Assembly (NCBI GenBank): GCA_035084275.1 | Contig: CM068756.1 | Coordinates: forward strand, 8,122,001 to 8,186,000 | Reading direction: 5' to 3' | DNA length: 64,000 nucleotides | DNA from: Hydrolagus colliei | Taxonomy: Eukaryota | In this document: positions 26,461 through 40,100 of the stretch, piece by piece | How positions within the stretch are numbered: the stretch's first letter is position 1 | Layout: the number at the start of each line of letters is the position of its first letter | Translations under genes and position numbers: made by a program | Notes under the pieces: model-generated | What the model was told of the DNA's origin: nothing | Seen by the model: only the letters and a program-made list of their open reading frames with translations | Database searches by the model: none

Positions 26461-27849
26461 GGAAAAAAAATCTGAGGAAATTTAGAATCTTCTAAAATTA
26501 ACTAAATGTTACACGTCTCCATGTAAAATGTGATCGACATAATGGGAGAACTTGAACAAAATATGAGGAGAGAGATATACAGTAATTTGTTGCTTTTTTA
26601 AGCTCATATAAAGATTGTAACAGCTTGAAATGCAACACCAATAAACTCCCCCCAGATCCCATCTCACTGACCAAGCACCAAGGGGCAAACATATGTAAAA
26701 CAGTATTGAAGAACAAATTATTGAAACAAATTATTGAATCAACTGTGCCTGGCAAAGACCCATCAACAAAATCCTTTACAGTATCAGCTATCTGTTCTTT
26801 TTCAAAACACGTTATTAACCAACATCATAATAAAGGACCATCATTTTCTAAAACCCGGAAAAGGACTGACTCCATCCACCCCCTCCTCGAATTTGATTAC
26901 ATAACATCTGAATATCAACTATATTCTCTGGTAAATGTATTCTCCCAAGGGAGGCAGATGCTGTTCGCCTGCGCCTCCAAGCTATCGTAAGAAGTTGCAT
27001 TGCTACTAACGTGAGGAAAAGAATCATTTTGCAAGGCCATGCCAGTCCCACATCTGCAAACACACATCCCAAGATACAGAGATCTGGGTCCACGTTTATT
27101 CTTGCTCTGGGGCCCTTAATATTGTGACATCCAATCGAGATGTCCACATTTCATGCGTATATCAGTCATGAACCTCAAACCTCAACCCTCATTCTGATCT
27201 CCATTTTCTCCTGGTATCACCTAATTTTTTTTAAAAAGCAGCAGAAGATTCTCTGTATTATCACTCTAGCAGATAGAACATATTAAATTTCATTCTTGTC
27301 ATAAAGCATTGGCAAGTTATTTATTACCAGAAAGCTAATTTTGAATGACAATTTGCAGTTATACAACTTGCTTTTATTCTACAAGGAAGTCTCAAAGTAC
27401 TCTACAAAGTGACCAGGAGACTGTTGATCTGTATCTGTATATACCAAACTGCTCTCACATTATACCTGAGGAAACTAACACCCAGGCTCAGTGGGAGGCA
27501 GCCTGAGCTGGGAGAACGGCAGGAGGTGGCCGTAAGCTCAGTCAAATAAACAAATTTTCGGATAAGCTTTGAAAGGCAAGAGGGAGTATTCGACACAGAG
27601 GGATTTGGGAAGAGAGATTTTTTTTCACACCAAAATCTGTATGTTTACTATTTATTGCTATCTGTTAAAACACAGCCTTTCTCAGTGTCCTGTTTCACTG
27701 ACATAACCTGAGTGAAAAATATTACAATATTGACCTATGAGCATTGCCATTGGTTTCCTCAGCTGTGACAAGTGCAGTTTCATATCAGATACTAGTCGAC
27801 AGTCTCCTGGTCCTTCTCCAAAATGTATTCATCTGTAACAGTGCACCTT

Positions 27850-27990
27850 AAAGAACTGTTCTGACAAAGGGTCATAGAACGGAAATTTTAACTCATTTTC
27901 CCCTCTCCATAAATGCTGCCTGACCTGCTGCATGTTCCCAGCGATTTCTGTGTTTATACTAGATTTGCAGCATCTGTAATACTTTGCCTT
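27850..27990 (+). mobile_element. Single-arm remnant of the same Penelope-derived family
   Basis: gttctgacaaagggtcatagaacggaaattttaactc...tccataaatgctgcctgacctgctg...gcagcatctgtaatactttgc. Confidence 0.75.
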
Positions 27991-30900
27991 TTTTTTCCAA
28001 CTAAGAAAACTTCTGACTTCAACTTTATATAGTAGTAAAAAAAATCAATTAACCAGTTAGTGCATTCATTTAAAACAAGTTGTGCAACTTTACAGTGAAG
28101 CAAAAATCAGGAGCACAATTTGTTTCTCATCAAGATTCTAAAAAAAATCTGTGTAATGTTAGTGGTGTTTTGTGTATGTTTTCCTTTATCCTTCCTTGAG
28201 CTGTTAGCAAGACCCTTTTGGCTGTTCATTAAGGATCAGCTGGTAGCACCTTGAAGTGAATGTCCAGTGCATCTCCAGTTGAGTCTTGTGAATCCAGGCC
28301 ATGTGTTGTAATGTTGCACATATCACCTAATTTCAATGACTCCTTCACAGTACACAGATCAAAAAGGAAAATCTGTCTAGTGAAGAACAAATGGTTTGCC
28401 AGCTGCACTATTTGAATGGAGAAATAAAACTACCAGGGAGTTTGTGCACTGAAGTGCGACACATTTTATACTGAACATTATATGCTCTAAAGATTGCTAA
28501 CACAGTCACACTCCTTTATTCTGCTGGCATCAGAAAGTTGAATTAACAACCCAAACATCTCAGAGCAATTTTACTGTGGCGGCGATATAAACTCAAAGTA
28601 ACAATTATTCAAGAAGTATTCAGTTCTTTTATTAGAAGCTTGCGCCCTCAAATTCCCAGTGCCAGCCACAAAGATCCATTTAAAATTCTTCTCACACAAA
28701 CACAAAACATGACAGCTGCACTTCTAACAAACTATTTCTTACAGCTCTCAATAACTCTGCGAAAATTAGTTCTGGGCTTTACCCTGCACCCACAGATAAT
28801 TAAGGAATCTAATCCCGTTAATAGTGATATGCACTGCTGTTCTGTTTCAACTTGTTCCAGGTACCATCAAGAATAATCATGATCTACTCCATCAACACTG
28901 CAGCGCTGAGGGGGAATTGCATGGGAGGATAACCCAGAAAGCAACCCCCCCACAGTAATAATTGTGCGCTCGCAAAAAAAAACACACGATTGGGAAAAAT
29001 AGTAATTTGCTTCAAGACATACAGAGCCACTTGTTAGATTACGGTGAGGAGGAATTGTTTCGAAAACTTTCACTTTCTCTGTTGTGTTCCTTTAATGGCA
29101 CTGTCATTCTTGTGAGTCGGTGAGACATTCTCTGTTCCTGTTTCTTTGTGATGCAATTGATGTGCTCTAGTGATAGGAACAAATAGGGAAAGCGAGATTA
29201 CAATATTAGTTACTGTAAACATTTCCATTTGAAATAAATGCACTTGTTTAATTATCTTTTCCCTGTACTTTGACATATTTATCTGTGGCTCCCATCCATA
29301 AATTAGACCGTCTCCATCTTTGTTTTCTTTTAAAAATATAACTACATTATCAGTCTGGACAAGAGACTAATTTAGCACAGAGTTGACTGGTTTAGTGTAC
29401 AGAACACAGTCTGTAATTCCAAACTTTGTTTTGACAAATCTTTAACTTCCCTTCATTTCGCCAACCACAGTACAGAGTTCTTATTTTCTTTATGTGCGGA
29501 AATGTCTTGGTTAAGCTACTAGCCAGGATTTAAGCCTGACTCATTCACAGAGGCAGAGTTTCAGGCAGCATATTCAGTTGGGGCATTTATGCATGGGCGG
29601 TCACTTGTCAGTAAGTTGTTTCTCCGAGTAAAACAAAATTCACAAAAAGTGCAAGAGCTGCGTAATTAAAATTTTGTTTGCACTGCAAATTTAATCAGTT
29701 TCACAAAGAGCAGCCGATTTCTGCAGTTCACTCCGTCACAGGGAAAGAAAAGGGAAAAATCTCAAACTGAATATCAATGCTTGAATCCATGAAGAACAAT
29801 CTCAAGAGGCAAGTTCCATGTATGAAAAATAAATCGCACACAACTTGTAAGGTTTAAGCTACCTTTTCACTCGCAAGTAAGGTAGGTTTTTCACCTCCAA
29901 CCTACTGCCTCGCACAGGATTTTGGCTGCAGTAGCGTTGGGCTGTTTCCATATTGGTTTGATCCCACAACCTGACCAAAAATAGAACAACACATTATTCC
30001 CGCTGAATCCATCTCCTGAACATGAGTGGGGTTTGCAACTTAGTATGAAGTAAAGCTTTTAACCTGATTAGGATGTTAAATGTACTGTTTCAGACATGAA
30101 TTGTTCACAGAAACTGCTCACTTGTTGTCAAAACAGCTCTTCGTGGATGCAGTCTAAAACAATGACAAGATAAAAGCTGAAGCAAATGAATATGCCTTTC
30201 AAGTACTGAATTGCAATGTCATTCAGATACTGCTCCATCCTCTTGCAGAGTCTAGAACAAACACGTATATTAAAGACTACCATAGCAATGACCTAACCGC
30301 TGATGATTTGCAACCTAAATACACAGCACATTGTTTTCAGTGAAGGCACTATAAACAGAAGTCTTTAAAACAAGAAATAATTAAACTATGTTTAATACAA
30401 CTCAATATTCCACAATGGTGCCAGCTCTCTGAATGCTTATCTAATATTTAAAAGTACTTTTCTACTTCTACTTGTTTTGTCTATTCTTTTTCCAGATTTT
30501 CTGTTCAAGTGAGTAGTTTTATCTAAAAGGTCAATTCATTCAGCATAGTACCAAATAGAATTGAATATAATTATCCCAATCTTTACTGTGTAGAATTCAT
30601 GCTTGGATTCATTCAAAAAATAGGCTGAGGTATAATTAACTCAGAGCTCAACCAAATCTATTGAGTCTGCTTCAGGTATCATACAGTTCTACTTACAATG
30701 GGACATTTTTATTTTAGAACATTGTACATATTAACCTAAGTCAGCATCCAATTACTCAGAATAAGTGAATTCTCTGTTTCAGGAATGCAATCGGAAAATG
30801 TTGTCATGCAATTTGAAGCAAAATGCCTTTTTCATTAAGTTAACCCTCATGAAAGGGGAAACCTGTAGCTGATTTTAAATACATTACCTTTATGCACAGG

Positions 30901-31181
30901 TGACGGCAATTCTATTACGCACACATTTCTTTCAGTAAACACACTGCAAGATTTAACCTTCTGTGCAACCTTCTCATACAGACAAAAAAAATGAGACTTT
31001 TGCGCTTCAGTTCTGATGAAAGTATTCAACGCAGAAAAATTCCTTTCATAAAATTATGTATTTGGATCATCACTTAAGGCAATTATGGCAACTGGGTGTA
31101 ATTAAACATGTTTAAGTCATTTAGTGATTAACCCGGATTCAAAAGAACAATCGTATAGGCTAAGTCAATAATATTTAGATA

Positions 31182-31910
31182 CAGTAGAAGCCCGTTTATC
31201 CATGACTCGATGAACCGGCACTTCCATATAACCGGCATGCCAAAAAAAAGTTCCCATTTGATAAATCCGGAATTTATCTGGAACAATAGCGGTGGAGCAT
31301 TTGTAAATGCATAAATAATAACAGAATATTGTATTGGTACTTATTGTTAAAACTACTCTCATGTGCTTCTCACATTTGCTGGTAGATGCTGCGCTTGAAG
31401 CCATGATGCTGTGGTTGAGATTTATAGTCCAGCGATTCTTTTTAAAATGGAGGACGCTAAGCGGGTGAAAAAAACAGAGCACGACTTTAAAGCCATACTA
31501 GCAGCAAGCCAATAATGCTAGCTGATAACCCACATTGTCGTGCAGGTGCAGTATTTCGGTTTGCCGTTAGTAGTCTAGACCTATCGGCTTGCCACTAGTA
31601 AAATCGCGCGACTTTAAAATCGCGCTGCCGTTTTTTTCACCCGCTTGGCATCCTCCATATAAAAAAGAATCGCTGGACTGTAAACCTCAATCAGTAAAGG
31701 TGAGAAGCGCAAGATAGTTTTGACAATAAAGTACCAATACAATATTCTGTTATTAACTGTTATTATTTAGTCTGGTGTGTATGGTGTGTGTTAAAAGAAC
31801 TTAAACATTTTTGTAGTGGATTTTCGGCCGCTGGCCGTCCGAATGTCCGGCAGGCGCTTTAACTGGCATTGGCCAGGTCCCACGGGTGCCGGATAAACGG
31901 GCTTTTACTG
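31182..31910. mobile_element. 729-bp non-autonomous Tc1/mariner-superfamily (pogo/Tigger-like) DNA transposon
   Basis: TIRs CAGTAGAAGCCCGTTTATCC / GGATAAACGGGCTTTTACTG (19/20 match); TA duplication at 31180-31181 and 31911-31912; no transposase ORF. Confidence 0.88.
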
Positions 31911-32129
31911 TACATTGCCAGACATGTGATGACATCTATGACTTCTCAGCATTTGAAGTTCAAAAAGAATATGATTGTTCAACACAAGGATTGGGTTGAG
32001 AAGTACATCTACTGGGAGTCTTTGTTCACATTTTGGTTGGATAGCAATAGTTGCTTGATGAGAGATGAACTCATCAGATAAAAGTTCTATTTTCCTGTTC
32101 CCCTGAGGGGAGACATACAACAATTATGA

Positions 32130-32531
32130 TGATAATAATAATAATCTTGGATTTGATATAGCGCCTTATCACATCGGAAGGATGTCTCAAAATGCTTCAC
32201 GGGTATGACTGTGAAATGAATTAACTGTGTACTAATAGGCAAACATGGCAGCACAATTGTGCACAGCAATCAATATTCCACAAACGATTATGACTGACCG
32301 AATGAATGACAATTTTTTAGTATTGGGGATTGTTGTCAAGTCACCAGAAGAAACTCCCTTCTCTCTTTGAATAGTGCCATGGGATCTTTAACATCCACCT
32401 GAACAGGCAGACAGGACCTCAGGTCTAGGTCTCATATGAACAACGGCACCCCCGTTGTGTCCGCTTGCACAAAATGAGTTCAAGTCCAGAAGTGGGATCA
32501 GATGAGAGTATTACCACTGAGCCAAGCTGAC
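32130..32531 (-). mobile_element. Near full-length tRNA-head/Deu-core/L2-tail SINE
   Basis: (AAT)n tail; Deu core gaatagtgccatgggatctttaacatccacctgaacaggcagac; minus-strand head GTCAGCTTGGCTCAGTGG with a Pol III A-box. Confidence 0.85.
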
Positions 32532-32699
32532 ACACAATTGACACCAAATAGAATGAGAGGTTCTAAAGAAGTGAGATTGGGTAGAGTCAGTTCACAAAAT
32601 ATCACTGTACCCAACTAGGCCTCAAAAATAAAATGCAAATCTAATTTAACTGATATTCAATTCTCTGATTTATTCCAAACATCTATGATTTCAGTGTTT

Positions 32700-32987
32700 A
32701 TTGTAAGAGGCTAACTCTGCCTCAACTGGACAGGTTTCCATCGCCCACCTCCTTGTTTCCATACCCCAGACACGAGGCCAAAATTCCCCTCATGGTCAAG
32801 ATCTCATCACCGTTCTCATAAAATGTAAGTGATTCACTTTGCGACTGTTTGTGGGACTTCGCCCTTGCAAATTACCTGCAGTATTTTCCTACAAAATACA
32901 CATTCACCAGGGCTTTACAGTTGAACCCGTTAAACATTTTCTGACATCTTGTGCTGTATCAAATGCAAGAATTATTATTATTATTAT
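32700..32987 (+). mobile_element. Decayed SINE copy
   Basis: gactgtttgtgggac...gcaaatt...tatcaaatgcaagaattattattattat tail. Confidence 0.6.
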
Positions 32988-35217
32988 AGATCGTTTAGAG
33001 GTCTTATAATAACATGTTTGAATAACATGCCAACTGGCCTACAACAGATCAAATTAAGGATACTATATACACCATTAATTTTGAAGAATAGCATTGAGAA
33101 TTTACTGACCTCGATGGGTGGCCTATTTGAATGAAGGATCTTTTCATTTACCACATTAGGTATCATCTTCCCATTTTAGGAATCATTTCAGTATTAACAC
33201 AATGTGTCACTATTGTTTTTTTTCAATCGAAATGCAGATTCTGGGAACTTCACTTACTTCTAGGAAAAAGGGCAGAGTTCTCATATTCCAGAATTTGACA
33301 TTTACTTTCAGATATTATTAATTGTCTGTTTGTTTGCTGTGACAAAGACCAGGAAATGGGTTCAATGTGTTGCCCTTACATTGACATACCAGACTCGATA
33401 AACCTTCACTGCATTTTGTGCATGAAAGATTCTTCCTGTAACAGAAATTCCACTTGAAAGAAAGATACGCTGTTACTTTTGCTGATCTGCAAACAAACAA
33501 ATCTTGTACCAATTGAAAACGCTTCTTAAAACACAAAACAAATTCAATGTCCCGCAACTGCTTAAAACCTAGTAGTCATCGAAGAGACAGCAACAGTCGG
33601 AAAATCTTATTCAATGACATTTGAGCAGATTCAAAATCAAAGGGAGCTTACAATAATGTTGTTTGTTGGTGACGTGACATTATTCCATTGCCAACTGCCT
33701 CTGCACGCACAACATTTAATTCTAAACATAAAATACCGAAGGAAGGTGTGGTAAAAGCATCTGTTCAGTCCATAATTTTACCCCTTGAAGCAACATATCC
33801 GATTCTGAGCAGTCATCGGAGTCTGCTCCCAGAACTTAACCCGACTTAAAATTCACCAAAGCAACAACAATGCCTCTTTATCTCCTTTACTCAGTATGTT
33901 TAATCAAAAAGAGTCTTTGTTACTGTCAGATTGACGGCATAATGATGAAGGAAACGGAAAAGCTTTAGCATGTCAATGTTTCGGAACACCTGATCGTAAG
34001 TTAAGAGGATAAAAAGTTTTGAGTTCGCTTTAGGATGTGAGGAATTTGTTTGGTTTCATTCATATGTTGGGTTAGTTTTTGCTGGAAATAGACAATTAAA
34101 AAGTTCACTCGTGTCAGACACTGTTTTTGACAACCATAGAGAGATGTGCAGGTGCAAAGTAAAAGGCATGTCATGATCATTTTCACCAGTGGCAATTATC
34201 ATGTCACATTCTTAATTTTTCACCCTTTTCCATACATTATGAACACTGTAGAAACTGTGCTTGATAGGCTTTCTCAATAAGCAATGGAGCAAAAGCAAAT
34301 CCACTGTTAAATCAGAAGCTATCTAATGTGGGAGACCAGTGTTCAACAAATGCATTAGCCTGTAAGCCCGGCATAAACAGGAACTGTTTGTGGACACATA
34401 GACTGCTTGGAAAACTTGATCAATAGGGCAGACTTTTTTTTCCCTTCTTCATTGCAATCTTTCGCCCCCAATTCTCCCACTTAGGCATCCATGTGCCAGG
34501 CCACAAGTCAGAGTCCTTGACCATTCCTTTTCCCTCTCACTCTTGTAGCAATCAAGAGCTAGGAGACAATATGCAAAGCTGCTTAAACCACTTGAGCTGT
34601 GGGTGAAAGTTTGCATTATTTTAGGAAATAATATCTTGGGATATAGTTTGGGACATGACATGTGCGTGTGATTGCCAGGATGGTAGAAGCAAACTAGATG
34701 GACCGATGTTCTGAAGAATCATTCATCTCCAAGAGAAGACTACAATAACACTGAAGTGCAGTTATCCTTTTACGTCACGTTGGCAAAAATAATCTTGCAA
34801 GCAATTTGTTCAACTGAGATCTGCGGTACCTAATAATACTCCCTGGGTATTGTCTTTAATAGGTCACTCTTTGTTTGAAATAAATCAGACAAAGAATCAT
34901 ATGAAAATAACACTGTACTGTTGTATTTTCCAATGTGGCAGTGATTTTAAAGATTCCTACAGGAAATGGGATGTGGAATTTACAAATCCATTCCTTTTTC
35001 TAAACACACATCGGAGGTGTGAAGTGAACAGATGGCTCTCAGAACACAGTGCTGTGGAGCACAAACTGAGCGGAGGTGTGAACATGTGATAACTGTAACA
35101 ATTGGATTTATAAGGTGTGAAAATGTATTCCTTGGTGCATATTAACTATGCATTCAAAGTAACAACGTCCAGGGCATTCAATGGCATTTGAGTTTACAGG
35201 GGTTAAATAATTCCTGC

Positions 35218-35465
35218 TAGCCTCCCCCCAATGGCTCAGCATGTGTCAAGAGTGAAAATGAACCGTAAAGTCCAAGTTCACTCCCCAGGCTGTTGGGTTG
35301 TTTGCAAGCTTCAGCTGGAGGAAAGGGAAAAGTTGCTACAAATGGTCTCAGTGCACCTAGGCAGGGAGGGAGAGGGGAAGAGGAGCAGTGCTGGAGAAGT
35401 GTTCTTATGTGGTCGGGATTGGACTCGGCTATGGTGCCCTCTGTGGCTGAATGGCTTGTAGACAA
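35218..35465 (+). mobile_element. Ancient tRNA-derived SINE-like repeat
   Basis: A-box-like tggctcagc and B-box-like gttcactccc, followed by gctacaaatggtctcagtgcacctaggc; related fragments near 20300 and 40690. Confidence 0.5.
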
Positions 35466-36914
35466 TCAGTATTTAGACCCTTGGCCATTGGAAAGATTTT
35501 TTATAAGAACTTTAATTTCCATTTTCCTAATTACCCCTTTTTACTAACAGTTTTGTACTTGATACAACCTTGAATCCAAGATTCCTGGCAGAGTTCACAG
35601 ACAAAGCTATCGGGCATACACAGCTAAACCCACTCACAGAGGCTCCAAAGTGCGTGCAAGCAATTGGAACCACCACATAACTTTCAAGGCACTATTGGGG
35701 AAGAGGAGCCAGGATTACTTTGGACCTCAAGCATTCATACTGCAAAATGAAGTGCGGGTGAAATCAACTGCCACAATAAAATTTCAGCAGCACAGCAAAG
35801 CTCCAGTGGGATTTGCGTCTAATCTATCTGTGTTGATCTACTGGATATATACTATGCTTTAATACCAATTAATGCTGAATGTCTGCATCTCTTCAGAGCT
35901 GATCTGAGACTGTCCAAAGTTATTATATGTTCCTTCAATGGTTAGTTTCCCCATTATAGCTCGCTGGAGAAGAGTCAGTTTAAAGTAGACATGAAATGGG
36001 TGAAAGAACCTTGCTGATCCAATGCAACATGGAAGCACTCCCCCAAATATAAAATTTAATTTTCCCTAGCAGAGCTATAACTGTAATAATATGGTTCCTA
36101 ATAAACTTAAAATCCATGTCCTGCTCCTTAAACCTTGACTACGGGAAAGAACACAAGGCACAGGAGACCTAAGAATTCACCAGTCTCCATTACGACCAGG
36201 TTCCTTTTGAAAATCTGATGAATAATTTTACATCCGTGGAAGTCTGCTACAGCTGTTGACAATTTGAACTACCACTGCATTTCATCATTTGTGTATGAAA
36301 CCAAAATAGTTCTGTAAAGATTAACTCATGAGTGTAATCTCAATTCCTCAACAATGTAGCCCATGATATAAATTTACTCAATGCGCTACATTGACTGTCA
36401 AGCCTTTCAAAGTACTGTATAGTAAATCTACATCGGCTGGCAGTTTAAATGCACCATTTATTACTATTTGCAAAAGACATTCCTCAAATAAAAAAACACT
36501 GTTTGGCCAAATCAATGACAGGGAAACAATGCACAGACTCAGACGTAATCAAAAATGTAATGCCTGGCAAATTACTATTAGAGTTTGTAAATTGTTTCTT
36601 AGTCATAGATTTGGCAGGGGTGTTTATTTTTCCAACGAAGCCGTTAAAAAATTGGAAAAAATTGCAGTAACGATGATAGTATACGTAGATTTCCACTTAT
36701 ACAAAGTCAAACTTAAAGGTTTAGTTAGTTGATCACAGTCACTATGATTAGCCCCCAGTGTTTCATACTGGGGAGGAAGGTGGATGCTCAACAATCCACT
36801 CCATGTTATGAGTGCAGACTTGTGGGTTTGGGACCTCAACCTGACACTTCAATCAGTTTATGTTACATGACAGGAAGCGATGAAGGAAAAGTAAAAGAGG
36901 ATAGAATATGAATA

Positions 36915-37145
36915 CCTCGGTTATTACACCCCTAAACTCTGGAACTCCCTTCTGCTGACCTTTCCCCCATTCTGCAACCTTTCTCTTGTGGTCTTCAAAA
37001 CCTGTCTTAAAACCTACGTCTTCAACCCTGCCTATGGTCACCTCCCTTTCTCCCTTTTGCTCAGCATCCAACCTGATCAGTGTGAACCAAGATGTCATTC
37101 TATGTGAAAGGCACTATTTAAATGTAAGTTGTTGTTTTTGTTGCC
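36915..37145 (+). mobile_element. L2 LINE 3' fragment
   Basis: Reads YTPKLWNSL...FKTCLKTYVFNPAYG (L2 ORF2 end, with a frameshift), then gtgaaaggcactatttaaatgtaagttgttg tail. Confidence 0.8.
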
Positions 37146-40100
37146 TTGCCAAAGTGAACTGAAAACTATCATTGCTCTCAGTCATAATCCAGGTTGTCTT
37201 TTCAGTCCCATATCCATTAGAAGGCAGTAACTTGCAACAAACCAATGCTTTGTATGATGCAATTAATGCTGTGAAAATAATGCCATGTTCATCCACATAT
37301 TTCTACACTTCAATGTTAATCATTTTTAAATTACAGAAATTAATACTCTACGTGGGTTTGCTTAATGAAGGATAAAATAGTTAACAAACCAGCAGGAGGT
37401 TCTGGGGACATAGTTTTCTTCCTACTGACAGTAAAAGTACTTATTGATTGTTAAAGGTCCAGAAATTAAATATTCCAACACCAGGCAAGATTGCTGAAGA
37501 AACAGAAAAATACTGATTTAACTGAAGGAATGAGCCTGGAAATCTATATGGCAGGAATTAAATGCCATAATCAAATTGTTTGTGCAACCATTTAGCATCT
37601 CATTTTCTAACACTGCAAGTGACCACCTGAGACAAGGCATCATTTTTCAAGGCTGCAAGTAACAAACCACAGCCATAAGTAACAAAGGATTAAAAGAATA
37701 TTGATAGCTCATGACAACCTGTTTCCTGAGAAATGTGACTTGGTCAAGTCCTTTCAATCATTAAAACATATGAGTGCTTGTCAATTTAATCTGCTCTGTT
37801 CTGCGTATTCATTAAGTAAAGTATCTTTTATTTTACTATTGCAAATGCTTATGTTCTTTTTCCAGTCAACCAAATCAATGATAGCTACATAAATAAAATA
37901 TATAACAGCAACATTTGTATTTATTCAGATGTTATAGTTTCAAACAATAAATCAGCAGTCAGGCCTGCCTAGTTATAAAATTAATATCTCTCCCCTTCCC
38001 CCTCTACTACAAGTTTATTTTACTTATACGCACAGCGGTGTCAAAATTACTAACTGATGGGATGCCTAAAGTGGCTAATAATTACTAACTGTCAATCAAT
38101 GGGCAAATGCATTCTGCACCATTATATTCATTTTTATTCAGCTTGGCAGTACTTAAAAGATATTGATCTACATTCAGTGTTATCACTGACTATGTACATA
38201 TCAACATCCAGACATAACCAAGGTCATGGAGAAAACACAAAATATTCAATAAAAAGGAAACAGGGAGCCTAAAAATGAGCTTATAACACATCACAATTGA
38301 AATCCTCAGTTTTGTGCAATTTGAATCAACAGTTAGTTATTCGTGCTGCCTAGAAATGCAATGTGTGACATTGTGCCATTTGTGCAATATGATTTTTGAC
38401 TTGTTTTTAAACAAATTACAATATCAAAATGGATAAGTGCACATGAAACAATAACACTGGTTTAATGTCATTGAACTCAGGGTTATTTAACTTTAAATTA
38501 CCTTCACATTTTGTTTTAATATATGTATATTTCTGTCTAGCGGGTGTGCAGCTGCACTTTCAGAGCATAAGAAGAATAACAAATTTACAACTTTGTTATG
38601 GATTTTGCTACACAAAGCATAAACCTGCTTCCGGAAATTTAATGTCTACCTGTTTCCCAGAGCACCTGTTGAGAAAAACCTTTATTGGAAACTTTACATT
38701 CATGTAAAAAGATCTGTGTGAATTAATTTTGATTGCCCTCAAAACTCTTGCTCTGCATTAGAAATGAGGACCTCTGATGTGGTCTGAAGGTACCAAGGGA
38801 GCAGCCAGTCTGAATGAATGAAGATTTGATTCTACAGCAGTAATATAATCTGTGTAGTGACATTATAACACAGCACTGGTCACACTACCCTACATCTCCC
38901 CGCTGTAACAGATTGCATTGGCTTAAATTACCAGGTGGGTTTTTTTGTCAGGGACACAGAAATTATCTTGGTTAAAAATCTCTCTTAAAAAAAAGAAAAG
39001 GAGTGACTGGTTAAAGAAAAGTAATGTGATATGTTACATTTGGGATAGAATGATGGACTACATTTGCTTTAACCTCCCTTTGGTTTCCTCTTGCTTAATT
39101 TAAGTGCTTATTGCCTTGTGCGTTGAAAGCTGAAATGAAATGGCCGTATCTAGGAAAATATTTTCTATTTTAATATGAAAACCATTTCATGAATGCAATC
39201 AGTGTTTATTAAAAAGAAAGACCTAAAGTATACATATTAGTGAACCGAGTCGAGTAAGACTTATACTAAAGATCTATTGTCCTGGACTTTTTCCTTTTAG
39301 CGTATTAATTTCAACTGCTTGATTCACCGTGCAGAAGTTGGAGTGAATTGATGACTAGATGAGTGTAATTCTTTCTCCATAAAATATTGGCTGAGTAAAA
39401 CTGAATGCTGTAATAATTTTAAACTGCAGATGTAATTAGATTATACACACCCGGCAGCCACATTTCATATTAAAAAATATTACTACAAAGTTTGCAAAAC
39501 ATACTTAATATTTACAACGCTTCCCTGTAAGAATCTATGATTCATTAAGGTCTATTAAACAAGCTTGAACTAACTGTGCACAACAAAAAACATCACTGCT
39601 CAAAAGAGATATTAAAATAGTCCAACCGCAGGAAAATTTGGACCTACAAGGTGAAAAAGAGACGACATTAAGAAAATCAAATGAAACATAAACTAAAAGA
39701 ACCTATTTATGAAATCGGTATTCTGATATCTGAATATAAAGTCACCGAGACATTTGGCAGAACCTAAATAAAACTAAAAACAGCAAAAGCTTCCAGAAAG
39801 CACCTTTGAAAATAAATTATGCCTCCCTCCCTCCTGTGAAGACGGCCAAATTCAAGGACTGGTGTAATGCAACATAAGCAAGGAGCTGGTGACTAGTAAT
39901 GAAAGCATGCATTTAAAGCAGTCTCACTTATTCAATGTTTATTCCATGTGTTTGTTGAGCATGAGTGTCTTGTTAAAGCATTCACAAGTACTACCTGTCT
40001 GTCATCCTTGATAAAATCTGAAACCAGGCTTTCCATCTGTTTAGAACTACTTAAAGAGTACTACCTCTAAAGGTCCATGCAGTAATTGCTTCTCTTGGAG

